This document shows positions 35,616 through 45,325 of a stretch of 57,291 nt of DNA, piece after piece. The position numbers were made by a program, and so were the translations under genes. The number at the start of each line of letters is the position of its first letter. The stretch's first letter is position 1. The stretch comes from a virus (lineage: Duplodnaviria; Caudoviricetes). The stretch covers positions 1-57,291 of the IMG/VR virus record IMGVR_UViG_3300008954_000065; one strand, written 5' to 3'. Under the pieces are notes generated by a model. The model saw only the letters and a program-made list of their open reading frames with translations. It searched no databases and was not told the DNA's origin.

Positions 35616-38600
35616 TATGACCTTCCGCCTCCGCCTTCGTTGCCACCCCACCAGCCAGAGCCTGACTGATGACTTGGGAACGGAGTTCCTGCCTGGGCCA
35701 TTTGGTTGCGCGTAGACCTCTCTGCAATCATATTGGCGAGCTGGTCTGGGTTTGCCGCATCGGCAATGCTGAGTTCGTTGATGTTGATGTTCATGGTGTT
35801 GTTGCCGGAAGTTATGTTTCCGCCAGCCTGTCTTCCGCCCATCGCGGCCCCCATTCCTCCTCCACCCTGGAATGCTTCCTCCGGGCCAAGCAGTGCAAGG
35901 CCGAGGGTGTTGGTCAAGGAGTCGAATGCGTTGCCAAGCTCGTTTGACATGCGATCCAGTGGGTGGCCAAAAATATCCTCCCAGTTGTCTGGCCTTATAA
36001 CGTCATCAAGAGAACCTATCGCATCAGTCAAAGACCCTAGAGACTGCGCCGTTCCTGAGCGAACAGCCTCAGCCATGCGGCCAAAGAAGTCCGTAGCGTC
36101 AATATCCATAATGCTGCGACCACCGCCCATGTCAACTGCACCACCTTCGCCGTCAGCATCCATTGCTTTGAACCGAGCGAGGTTTACCTTGAATCCAGAT
36201 GGGACGTTGGTGAGCTGTTCGCCGAATTCTTTGGCCGAATCTGAAGCATCCCGGCCTATCTCGTCCAAAAGGTTAAACCTGTCTAAGCCGTCCTGAAATG
36301 ATGAATTCTCAACTTTGTCCCGAAGTGACTCGAATCGCGAGAGATCAATAGGCTCAGAAATATCGCTCACAAGATCGTTTATATTTCCCTGCATATCAAT
36401 AACCCACTGGTCCCAATCATTAACCACCGCCCCTAGACCAGCATCAGTCGTTAGCACTGCGGCCTGGTCGATAAGATCGGCACCCAGGCCGCCACCTGGG
36501 ACAAGATTATTCGCGAAAGTGCCCACGGCAGTAAGTATGGAAACCATTATGTCTCTCAACATTACTCGAAAGTCCAGAAACCCCTGCGCGGCGTTAAGCA
36601 TATTCTCGTTAACTTTAGCGTGAACTTGCGCCCCAAACACCATAATGTTGTGCATATGCGCCAGCGCGGTTATTACATCAAGAACAACAAGCGCAAGCTG
36701 CTTGAACACATCATACAACGTCTCCCCGAAGTCCAAGTCACCCAGGGAGTCAGCAATGATAACAAAAGCCTCCATCACCATGTCAAAAAGCCCAACAAGC
36801 GCGAACAGATTTTCATAAAATGGACCCATGGCGTAAATAACCCGGTCGATAGACGCAGCAAGTGCATCCATAATGCGCATCCATGGGGTTCTGTGGTCGT
36901 CGTCAAGTTCTGTGACTCCGGGGTCATCGTCGAGAGCAGAGCCAAGAATCTTTTTATTCTTAAGTTCCTTGGTGCCAAGAGCAAGAAGGAACGAGGCTAT
37001 GGCACTACCCGCAGCGGTTGACAATGCCGCGATTATGGTTGCGGGAGCTGCCACCAGGGCTGCTGCAAAAGTGGCTACTGCGGCAATGGCAACAGGTATC
37101 CATACATACCACTGTCCCACTGCTGACGCTCCAGCGGCAATGGCAATAATGATCGCCCCGATAGCGATTATGGCCATCCATATGGCCGGGATAAGGACCG
37201 CGCCGATTGCTGACCCGAGAATTGTCACCGTTGCCGCGACAGAAGAGAAAATTTTAGCTGAACTCGCGAATGCGCCCTGAAACCTTTTCTCCGGCACCAG
37301 AGTGGAAGCCTTTTTTGCCAAATCCCCAATAGCCTTATAGAAGGAGTTCACCTTCTCAACAAAGCCCATAACCAGACTCTCAAACATGTTCCCGATAGAC
37401 TTTCCTATTTGCGATCCTATCATTGGGTCGCTTGCGAAAGACCCGATAAGGCCGCCAAGCGCAAGGCCAATAGACGAGCCCACCCCGGAAGTTTCGCCGC
37501 CCACCTGCCCAATCATGTCAGAGAAAACATCTCTTGCCTCTGCGAGATTCTTTGAATCGAATTCCTTTCCGAGCACTTTGGTTTTCAGCGTTTGACTCTC
37601 CTGGTCAAAGCTGGTCGTTGAGATTGAATCAATGACAGAAGATATCGACTCCTGCAGCGAGGCAAACATAGAATCTGCGTCCGCTGAAAGACTAGAGAAG
37701 GGTATGGAGGATAGAGACTTGTTTACTTTGTCGAACCCGATCTTCCCGAGAGACGTGGCTTCTATTATGGAATCTTCTATATCTGATATGTTTCCGCCCC
37801 CGCCAAGTGTTTTAAGGAATTCCGTTTCGCCTCTTATGTCCGCCCATGATTTTAGCTCTTGGCCCTCTTCCTTCAACGTGGTCATGCGGAGAAGATGGTT
37901 CTTATTTATTACGTCCGCCTCTATTTTGGATTGGGCGAATGAGGCTCTTTGTACCTCCTGGTAATTGGCCAAAGCCTGACTGTACTCACTCTGGCTCACT
38001 CCGCCCTCAGTCTGGATCTTCTCAGCCCTCATCCGGACAAGTTGCTTGGCCAGGGCGTTCTCATCAAAGCTCAAATAAGTCTCTTGAAGCTTGTCAGATG
38101 GGATGTCTCCCCGGACAGCCGCAGTGTTGTCAGACACGGCAGACGCAAGGGTTTTCATTTCTAGCCCAAGACCACCAATGTTATTAGAAAGCTCAGAGAA
38201 GCCAAGGTTGTTCATTGTCGCAACCATAAGCTCTGACGCTGACGACTGAAGGCCAAGCGCCTCGTTTAATTCTAAAAGTTTTATTTCGTGCCGTCTTAAT
38301 GCTTCAGCGTTATCCATGGCACCCTTTACCATAAGGTCGATGCTCTTCTTTTGCTCGTCAACGCCGTGAAACAACCGCATGGTTTCCGGGGATCGGGACT
38401 CTAAAACAGCTATCTCAAGCTGTATTTCATCCCTTTTTTCGGACAAGGCTGCCAGTGAATCTTGATAGGACTTTTCATGCTTATCTACGGAAGAAGATGC
38501 AGACTCAATCTTTTTCTTGAAGTCTTCTTGGGCTATCGCCATCGCGTAAACAACGTCTGTCAGGTCACCAAATGCAATCTGAACTCCGCCGACACTTTTC

Positions 38601-41440
38601 GAAAATTCATTAAGCCTGTCTATGTGCGGAGCCATTCCCTCTGCTATTTGGTTTACCTGGTCATGGGCAGCACTGCTGAACCTGACACTGCCGTCCGCAG
38701 CCTTCACGAAAGAGGATGCCAACCTCATAGCCTCCATGCCCACCAGGCCAACGGCTTTTCTGAATTTACCAATCTCCTCTGAACTTCGCCCTGAAAGCTT
38801 ACCCCCGCCAGGCTCTTTAGCTATGCGGTCAAGCCTCTTTCCCGCATCAGCAATAAATTTATCAATAAAGGCACCAGCCTGAATTGATGGTTTCATGGAC
38901 GGCTTAAAGGCAGATATAAGTTTGGCAGACAAAGACCTTATTTTTCCGCCAATCCAGTCGAAAAAAGAATCCCAGAGCTTGCCAATTTTATCAACCCGGT
39001 CTTCCTGCTTTGCAGACGCCTCCGTTGCCTTAACAAGCAGTTTGCCTATGCTTTTGTCCCCTTCGTTGATCATATCGTTGATTTTTTGAAGAGTTTTCTT
39101 GAGGCGCTCCATCTCAAGCTCTTTAAGGGGGTCTAGGAATGCCTGAAGGACAGGAGAAACTTCTCTTGCCTTTTCCACTATGGCTTCAGTCCGACCTTCC
39201 GTTTCAACGGTGACCTTAACTTTTGCGGCGATTTCCTCAATGTTCGATACATCCACCTTTATTTCACCACGCAATTGCTCTAGCTGGTTAACGAAATTGT
39301 CAAGGTCTTCTTCGGCCTTCGCAATCTGTTTCGGTGTGAGGTCAACCCGGCTAAGGAGCTTTGACGTCGTCGCTATATTTCCTACTATTTCGTTCAGCCT
39401 ATCCTCATAAACATCCATTTGAGCGGGGTTTAATGCTTCTTCAAAAAGGCCACCGCTATCTTTTCCTATCGAATCAAAAAGTTCTTTGTAAAATTTCTTA
39501 AAGTCACTCACCTTGTCAAACGACGTTGTCTCTGCGCCAATTTGTACCGTCAGAGCCTTCTGGAAAAGACCTGAGCTTGCAGTGCCAAGAGCCGCCATGT
39601 CATCCATCATCGCATCAAGGCGCAAGTCGGCAGACGAGAGCCTCATCGCAGCATCCGCTCCCTTGAAAATTTCTTGGTTGAGTTCCATTCTGTCTATTTC
39701 GTTAGACAGGCCGACAAAGGCTTTCATCTGTTTTATTATGCCCATAAACCCAAACGATGCCGTATCCAGGGCGTAGCCAAGGTCAATCGCCGCCATCCCC
39801 TGCCTACCAAGTGCCGCATTGAATAATTCTGCACCCAGGAGGGCAGTTCCTACCACCAGACCGAACCCCGCGACTGCAAAAGCGGCCCCTCCTGCGGCTG
39901 TGGCCATTGATCCGAAAGTGATGCCAAGGGTGGAGCCGACATATCCGTAAAGTGCAAATGCTGCAATGGAACCAGTAGCAACAACTGCAAGCGAGGCAAA
40001 TGCAGCGCCTACAGCAAGGACCACCAACGCCGCCTGCCCATAATTCGCTATAAATCTTATAAGAGTACCATCTCCCGCAGAAAAGGAATTCACTACGTCC
40101 TTAACCCTATCGACAAGGTCATTCAATTTTGGCAGCAGAAGGTCGCCAATGGCAATGGCAAGGCTTTCTACATTGCTTTTTAGTATCTTGAGTTTTCCGG
40201 TTGTCGTCTCGTGCTGGATATTCTGGAGGAAGGTTGTGATGTCGTCAAACTGAGCCTGTTTTGTCGCTACGGACAAGTCGATAAAGGCATCGGTGCCCTG
40301 CTTAACCAGTGCGGCCATGCCTGGACCGGACCTCTCACCAAACACCTCCATAAGGTCCGCGACGTATTGGGTTGTCTTCCCAGTCTCCGCATACTTTTTC
40401 TTCATTTTCTCAAGAATCGCGATAACTCGAAGCATCCCAGATGCTTGACCCTTCTGCCTTTCCCTAAGCACTTCCGTTGTGAGCCCTAAGCGCCCCATCG
40501 CCTTGGCTGACTGTTTGGTGGGTTTCACAAGGGCAGAAAAAGCTCGCTTAAGTGAAGTACCGGCAAGAGTGCCCTGTATGCCCACGTTGCCCAAGAGGCC
40601 GATGGATACAGCAACGTCTTTAAAGCTTACGTCAGCGGCGCTGGCAACCGCGCCCACAATCTTAAATGCTTCACCAAGCTGGAGCACATTCACATTGGAA
40701 TTAGTGAATACGCCAACAAGGATATTGTTCACATCGGTCAACTGCCTACCAAGCTCTTGTGCGACCGCAGCCTGGTCCACCATGCCAGCAGTGGTCCGTG
40801 TCAGCTCCGACCTCACATTAACCGCAGTAATGCCAAAGGTGGACATAATGTTTGTTAAAACATTGCCGCTTTCAGCCATTGTTATATTGGCCGCAGTGGC
40901 CAGCTTCCCGACCTCGCCAATGGTTGCAATCACTTCGGCAGCATTGAAACCGGCCATTGCCATAAATTCCATGGCCCCTGTGACTTCCTTGGCGGTATGG
41001 ATGGTAGTGTTCGCTGTCTTAATAGCCTCTTTGCGCATAGACTTAAATGCGCCTCCAAAGGCGAGCGAACTACCGGAAGCAACAGCAGCAGCCTTTGACA
41101 TCCCAAGCTCAAAGTCTGCCGATATCTTAACGATGACGGAGGCTGTCGCCGCAAGCGCACCAAAGGCTGCCACGGCACCAATGGATATTTTCCTGAAAGA
41201 CTCCGACAGGCCGGTCATGTTGGACCTAAGCGACCCCAATCGCTTCTCTAGCGTTTTTGCGCTAGACGCCATCGACTTTGTTCCCTTGCTGAACTCCTTT
41301 GACGACTTCTTGGTTGCGGCTGAGGTTTTCTGAAGACCAGCCACAAGCTTGGTAATCTTGTCAACAGCCTTAGTGAGGTCTGTTACGGCTTTTTGGACAT
41401 CAGCGTTTAGCTTTACAGTTACTTCTCTTGCCACAGTCAT
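35615..41440 (-). CDS. Tail tape measure protein (TP901-family core)
   Basis: 1941 aa, Ala/Gly-rich helical; MEFMAMAGF, GIQGTLAGTSL, hydrophobic segments. Confidence 0.95.
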   Translation of the reverse strand: MTVAREVTVKLNADVQKAVTDLTKAVDKITKLVAGLQKTSAATKKSSKEFSKGTKSMASSAKTLEKRLGSLRSNMTGLSESFRKISIGAVAAFGALAATASVIVKISADFELGMSKAAAVASGSSLAFGGAFKSMRKEAIKTANTTIHTAKEVTGAMEFMAMAGFNAAEVIATIGEVGKLATAANITMAESGNVLTNIMSTFGITAVNVRSELTRTTAGMVDQAAVAQELGRQLTDVNNILVGVFTNSNVNVLQLGEAFKIVGAVASAADVSFKDVAVSIGLLGNVGIQGTLAGTSLKRAFSALVKPTKQSAKAMGRLGLTTEVLRERQKGQASGMLRVIAILEKMKKKYAETGKTTQYVADLMEVFGERSGPGMAALVKQGTDAFIDLSVATKQAQFDDITTFLQNIQHETTTGKLKILKSNVESLAIAIGDLLLPKLNDLVDRVKDVVNSFSAGDGTLIRFIANYGQAALVVLAVGAAFASLAVVATGSIAAFALYGYVGSTLGITFGSMATAAGGAAFAVAGFGLVVGTALLGAELFNAALGRQGMAAIDLGYALDTASFGFMGIIKQMKAFVGLSNEIDRMELNQEIFKGADAAMRLSSADLRLDAMMDDMAALGTASSGLFQKALTVQIGAETTSFDKVSDFKKFYKELFDSIGKDSGGLFEEALNPAQMDVYEDRLNEIVGNIATTSKLLSRVDLTPKQIAKAEEDLDNFVNQLEQLRGEIKVDVSNIEEIAAKVKVTVETEGRTEAIVEKAREVSPVLQAFLDPLKELEMERLKKTLQKINDMINEGDKSIGKLLVKATEASAKQEDRVDKIGKLWDSFFDWIGGKIRSLSAKLISAFKPSMKPSIQAGAFIDKFIADAGKRLDRIAKEPGGGKLSGRSSEEIGKFRKAVGLVGMEAMRLASSFVKAADGSVRFSSAAHDQVNQIAEGMAPHIDRLNEFSKSVGGVQIAFGDLTDVVYAMAIAQEDFKKKIESASSSVDKHEKSYQDSLAALSEKRDEIQLEIAVLESRSPETMRLFHGVDEQKKSIDLMVKGAMDNAEALRRHEIKLLELNEALGLQSSASELMVATMNNLGFSELSNNIGGLGLEMKTLASAVSDNTAAVRGDIPSDKLQETYLSFDENALAKQLVRMRAEKIQTEGGVSQSEYSQALANYQEVQRASFAQSKIEADVINKNHLLRMTTLKEEGQELKSWADIRGETEFLKTLGGGGNISDIEDSIIEATSLGKIGFDKVNKSLSSIPFSSLSADADSMFASLQESISSVIDSISTTSFDQESQTLKTKVLGKEFDSKNLAEARDVFSDMIGQVGGETSGVGSSIGLALGGLIGSFASDPMIGSQIGKSIGNMFESLVMGFVEKVNSFYKAIGDLAKKASTLVPEKRFQGAFASSAKIFSSVAATVTILGSAIGAVLIPAIWMAIIAIGAIIIAIAAGASAVGQWYVWIPVAIAAVATFAAALVAAPATIIAALSTAAGSAIASFLLALGTKELKNKKILGSALDDDPGVTELDDDHRTPWMRIMDALAASIDRVIYAMGPFYENLFALVGLFDMVMEAFVIIADSLGDLDFGETLYDVFKQLALVVLDVITALAHMHNIMVFGAQVHAKVNENMLNAAQGFLDFRVMLRDIMVSILTAVGTFANNLVPGGGLGADLIDQAAVLTTDAGLGAVVNDWDQWVIDMQGNINDLVSDISEPIDLSRFESLRDKVENSSFQDGLDRFNLLDEIGRDASDSAKEFGEQLTNVPSGFKVNLARFKAMDADGEGGAVDMGGGRSIMDIDATDFFGRMAEAVRSGTAQSLGSLTDAIGSLDDVIRPDNWEDIFGHPLDRMSNELGNAFDSLTNTLGLALLGPEEAFQGGGGMGAAMGGRQAGGNITSGNNTMNININELSIADAANPDQLANMIAERSTRNQMAQAGTPFPSHQSGSGWWGGNEGGGGRS

Positions 41441-41442
41441 AA

Positions 41443-41853
41443 CTACTCACCTTCCCCGAAACCGCTAAAGTCAACCTCTTCATCATATTGTATCGCCTCT
41501 GGCTCCCGCATACCAAGGATTACGAACGGGTCGGCGTCACTGCCAGCACTTCTGACCTCTGCATCCTCCACCCTACGTCGCATCATAGCCTTAAAGTCTC
41601 CGATGGACCCCGGCGACATTGATACGCGTTGGTTCTCATAGTCTGAAGCAACACCCTTCTCTTTAGGGAGAAGGTCTTTTGGTTTAATGCTCTTCTTGGA
41701 CCAGCAATTCATGATATTGGCACACGCCCACGCAAGCATCTCCATTTGCCGCTTTTGCTGCACCTGATGTCCCTTAAACATAACACTAAGTTCGCGCAAG
41801 GTAACACCCGTCCCAATATCATCAGGTCTGCCCCAGAATGATTCTGGGGTCAT
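41443..41853 (-). CDS. Tail assembly chaperone, frameshifted C-terminal (gpT-like) part
   Basis: MTPESFW..TLREL motif; its frame is open upstream into the gpG-like gene past the slippery sites. Confidence 0.75.
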   Translation of the reverse strand: MTPESFWGRPDDIGTGVTLRELSVMFKGHQVQQKRQMEMLAWACANIMNCWSKKSIKPKDLLPKEKGVASDYENQRVSMSPGSIGDFKAMMRRRVEDAEVRSAGSDADPFVILGMREPEAIQYDEEVDFSGFGEGE

Positions 41854-41873
41854 ACCTATTTCAACAGCAGAAC

Positions 41874-42320
41874 TCAGGAGTTCTTGGAAGTCGAAACGCT
41901 TTTGCTCGCCTTTTTTGGCGGGACGAAAGGGTCCGGCTCTTTTTCTTCACCGTCTTCCTCTTCGTCATCCCCGTCTTCTTGTGCGCCGGGGATACCCAAG
42001 GCAACTGCTTCCATAACTGTTGACATAAGCTCACCAAGGTCTTCACAATCGTCAATCCAACGACCAACCTTGGCCAGTGTAAGCCGCGCTTCCTTGCCCT
42101 TTTTACCGGCATATTCATGCGCAACGCCCACTAGAATCGCCTCACGCAGAGTGCGAATGCCGAGCTGAGACTCTGAAAGGATATTCGTAATCGAAGACCC
42201 AAGCCTTTCCTCCAGCATCGCAATCTCGTGAGTACGGAAGCGAAGGGTATGCATCCGTCCGCCCATGCGCACTTCAACCATACCCCTCGTTTTGTTTTTT
42301 AAACCTACAACACTTCCCAT
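41874..42320 (-). CDS. Tail assembly chaperone (gpG-like)
   Basis: Between tail tube and tape measure; GGAGG RBS. Confidence 0.75.
   Translation of the reverse strand: MGSVVGLKNKTRGMVEVRMGGRMHTLRFRTHEIAMLEERLGSSITNILSESQLGIRTLREAILVGVAHEYAGKKGKEARLTLAKVGRWIDDCEDLGELMSTVMEAVALGIPGAQEDGDDEEEDGEEKEPDPFVPPKKASKSVSTSKNS
41910..41931 (-). promoter_or_regulatory. Programmed -1 ribosomal frameshift sites (C CCT TTC and A AAA AAG)
   Basis: Both X XXY YYZ heptamers are in gpG frame; -1 frame reads ...FDFQELLSSAVEIGMTPESFW. Confidence 0.75.
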
Positions 42321-42372
42321 CGTTTCCTCCTGTTAGAAGCCCCCCTTTGGGGCTGTTTGTTTAATGTGCATA

Positions 42373-42972
42373 TTACGCAGTAAGCGTAACAATGTCTGTG
42401 CCGCTTAGGCGAAGTGTTACATCGAATGTAGTCACATCGTCAAGCGGGCTACCTGGAGAGAAGCTTGTCGAAAACGCCTTGCCATAAAAAGCATTTGCGC
42501 CGACTGTGCCCTGACCCAACGGTGTGCCACGATTCGCCACGGATATATTCGACGGATCTGCATCCATAACAAACGCTTCGCCGTCAGGAACATACCAGAA
42601 ATGGAACAAAAAACTGTTCAAAGCACAAACCAAGACACCCATCGATTCTTCATCTTCTTCATCATATCGAAACGATACGTCCAATGTTTCATCGTGAAAG
42701 TTTGGTATGTATGTCCTAGCTGTACCATGTGTTGGGCTGGCTCCACTGGTGTTATGCACCGTTGTTTCCAGCTCATCGACGTTACCGTTCATGGTAGCGT
42801 CAACAAGCGCCCCCGTGGCCGTACCGGGGTTTGCGGTAAGGCCATCGTTCTCAAGCTGGTCTAGCGCAAATGGCTCCGTGTCATTTGTTGCGCTCCCGGA
42901 CAAGGAAGTGACCGGAAAGCCACCCTCACACGCAACCCACAATTCTCCTAAACGTCCTGCTATTCCTGACAT
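42373..42972 (-). CDS. Major tail tube protein, paralogue 2
   Basis: Position before chaperones; G.AF.TSFSP.SPLDDV.TFDVTLR.SG tube-like C-terminus. Confidence 0.8.
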   Translation of the reverse strand: MSGIAGRLGELWVACEGGFPVTSLSGSATNDTEPFALDQLENDGLTANPGTATGALVDATMNGNVDELETTVHNTSGASPTHGTARTYIPNFHDETLDVSFRYDEEDEESMGVLVCALNSFLFHFWYVPDGEAFVMDADPSNISVANRGTPLGQGTVGANAFYGKAFSTSFSPGSPLDDVTTFDVTLRLSGTDIVTLTA

Positions 42973-42981
42973 TTTTTCCTC

Positions 42982-43506
42982 CTACAGTGTATTAATTAAA
43001 GTTCCGCTGAGTCTCAGCGTCACGTCAAAAGTGCCAACGTCATCCAGCGGACTTCCCGGAGAAAAGCTCGTCGAAAACGCCTGGCCACGAAACTGGTTTG
43101 CGCCAGTGGTTGCAGCATCATATGCCTCACCGTCAGGGCGATACCAAAAGTTAAAAAGCCAACTGTTCATTGCACACAACAAAATGGCCATGGATACACG
43201 ATCCTCTTCGTTATACCGAAAAGTTACATCCTGGGTTTCATCGTGAAAGTTGGGGATATAGGTTCTGGCTGTGCCATGCGTGGGAGAAGCTCCGCTAGTA
43301 TTGTGAACAGTGGTCTCCAATTCGTCTACGTTGCCGTTCATGGTTGAGTCAACCAGTGCCCCCGTTGCGTACCCGGTCGCCGGGATAATCGCCGCCGGAA
43401 AAGACGTAACGCTCCCCGATGGCGGAACATACGGGTTAGGGTCTACATCAATATCCGTGTTAAACTCCGCCCAAAATTCTCCTAATCTACCTGCTATTGC
43501 TGCCAT
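42982..43506 (-). CDS. Major tail tube protein, paralogue 1
   Basis: Long identical blocks with 42373..42972; GGAG RBS. Confidence 0.8.
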   Translation of the reverse strand: MAAIAGRLGEFWAEFNTDIDVDPNPYVPPSGSVTSFPAAIIPATGYATGALVDSTMNGNVDELETTVHNTSGASPTHGTARTYIPNFHDETQDVTFRYNEEDRVSMAILLCAMNSWLFNFWYRPDGEAYDAATTGANQFRGQAFSTSFSPGSPLDDVGTFDVTLRLSGTLINTL

Positions 43507-43660
43507 TTCTTACTCCTGCTGGGGAAATATCCCCTATGTCACTAAGGACAAATCCCCCCAAAAGGTTCACAAAAAAGGGTGGCAACCGTTAGGTCACAGC
43601 AATCACAAGGGGGGGAATGATTGCCCGCAAATGCGCACCCCATAAAAAGTTTATTGTCCT

Positions 43661-44395
43661 TCATGTTACCTCCACGGTTTTTGCGCCAAGGTTTGTCAAT
43701 GTTGACTCCCAAAGCTGATAGGTAATGCCACTTACCGTGGCCGTGGAGGTCATAGAAAACGTACTTGCATCGCCTACTATATTGAACGCAACTGCCCCTT
43801 CTGTAGAGAAATCGACAGGGAATGCGTAATACATGGATTCGCCAACGCCGGACGTTAAAGTCATCGTCCTATATCTAAATGGAGCATATTCGTTGGTGGC
43901 AAGAGCCTCAATAAAGGCTGCACCAGTGCTGGCGGCAGGCCCGATGCCCCAGTATACAACTCTTTCCTGCAGCGCATATGTCAAGTCAACGCTGACGACC
44001 CAGTTGTGGTGCCCATCCTCGTCCATGCCCAAATACATCGGTGTCCCAGTAACAACCTTTGAGTCAATATACCCCTCAGGCGTCTTTCTATCGAGCAGAT
44101 TGAATATCGCGTTAGCTAAAATCTGGCCGCCTGGGAAATCAAAAGGATTTGATCTCACATGAACCTCAACCGTAGGGTAGACAATCTGCTTTCGGTACTG
44201 CCCGCCAACCATAAACGTAACAGGATTGAATCCACCACTTTGCAGGCAAAACGTAGCCTGATGCGGGATACCTGGACCTTCGCTTGGGTTTATGTACGGC
44301 CTGACTGGACCGGCAAACAAATTTGCCCCAGTTGAAAATTGAGGTAGCGTCGAGCTAATATGGTTAACCATGTCTATATCTGGCTGGATAAACAT
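43661..44395 (-). CDS. Tail terminator/minor capsid-like protein with C-terminal extra domain
   Basis: PTVEVHVRS..A.AIF.LL..P.YLG.DEDG.H.W..S pattern; position. Confidence 0.65.
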   Translation of the reverse strand: MFIQPDIDMVNHISSTLPQFSTGANLFAGPVRPYINPSEGPGIPHQATFCLQSGGFNPVTFMVGGQYRKQIVYPTVEVHVRSNPFDFPGGQILANAIFNLLDRKTPEGYIDSKVVTGTPMYLGMDEDGHHNWVVSVDLTYALQERVVYWGIGPAASTGAAFIEALATNEYAPFRYRTMTLTSGVGESMYYAFPVDFSTEGAVAFNIVGDASTFSMTSTATVSGITYQLWESTLTNLGAKTVEVT

Positions 44396-44994
44396 TATTT
44401 GCCACCCTTAACCATTCTGTAGGACCTGGATGGTTTTTGCTTTGCGTCGCTGGAATACTTCCTGCTCGACTTCTTGCTGTGCCATACGCTACCGGAATGC
44501 GGGGAAGAAGCGCTACCAAGGATATCCTTCAGCCCGGCAACGCGAACCTTATCATCGATAGCCTTCTGGATAGCCAAGCTAAGGCTTGCCTCAGACCCTC
44601 TGGTGGCAATCGCCACGGACGCTGCTCGCTGCAGATAAAGGGCGACTTTTCCATGATTGAACTTTACCCCGGTGGCTTCGTGGACTTTGACCGCATAGTT
44701 TACCTCGTCTTTTCCCTCGTTTGTTTTGACTGACGGGAGTATCCCTCCGTATGACACTGTGGTTGTGTAATCATTCGCCTTGTTTGGGGGTCGCAGTATA
44801 CCTGTGCTTCTAAGAGCGCCGGTATCGATAGGAACAAGCTCCTGGCTTCTTCTTAGTACATATTTACCAAGGTGGTTGTAGATTACATATGCGGTTGCCG
44901 CTGGAGCCCGCTTCGCAAGTTCCTTAATGTCAAGGACAAGCTTGTTCCAGTCGTTTCCTATACGCAAACTTATGTCAAGACTACCTTTTGCCAT
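44395..44994 (-). CDS. HK97 gp10-like tail completion/neck protein
   Basis: SQELVPIDTGALRST, YAVKVHE, YL.RA motifs. Confidence 0.75.
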   Translation of the reverse strand: MAKGSLDISLRIGNDWNKLVLDIKELAKRAPAATAYVIYNHLGKYVLRRSQELVPIDTGALRSTGILRPPNKANDYTTTVSYGGILPSVKTNEGKDEVNYAVKVHEATGVKFNHGKVALYLQRAASVAIATRGSEASLSLAIQKAIDDKVRVAGLKDILGSASSPHSGSVWHSKKSSRKYSSDAKQKPSRSYRMVKGGK

Positions 44995-45001
44995 GATATA
45001 C

Positions 45002-45325
45002 CTAGAAGAAAGTAAGATAAAACGTATAAGAAGCTGAAGGGGTTTCAGCGGAAGACAATGCGATTGGGGTGAGCGCTTCATTCGGATCAGATGTATCTCT
45101 GCCCGGAAGCCATACCCGGTCAAACTCTCCTATTGGGGTGTTTGTACACACCTGGGTTTTGCTTACACGCTCATCACCCTTGCGATCACGTATAAGCTCC
45201 ATCTTTGTTTCAACCCTGGATTTCAAGACGACAGAGGTGGTTGAATATGTTGGCTGACCATACGTGTTCCGGCCCGTTAAAGCCTGAACCGTTATACTCT
45301 GAGTTAATAGACCAGCTAGAGACAT
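45002..45325 (-). CDS. Head closure/head-tail adaptor
   Basis: NTYGQP.Y, IRD..G.E.VS pattern; position. Confidence 0.7.
   Translation of the reverse strand: MSLAGLLTQSITVQALTGRNTYGQPTYSTTSVVLKSRVETKMELIRDRKGDERVSKTQVCTNTPIGEFDRVWLPGRDTSDPNEALTPIALSSAETPSASYTFYLTFF

Noticed and set aside
41861-42124. 87-aa overlapping ORF as the chaperone frameshift product
   Set aside because: Wrong frame; it terminates before the gpT-like ORF, whereas the -1 frame is continuous
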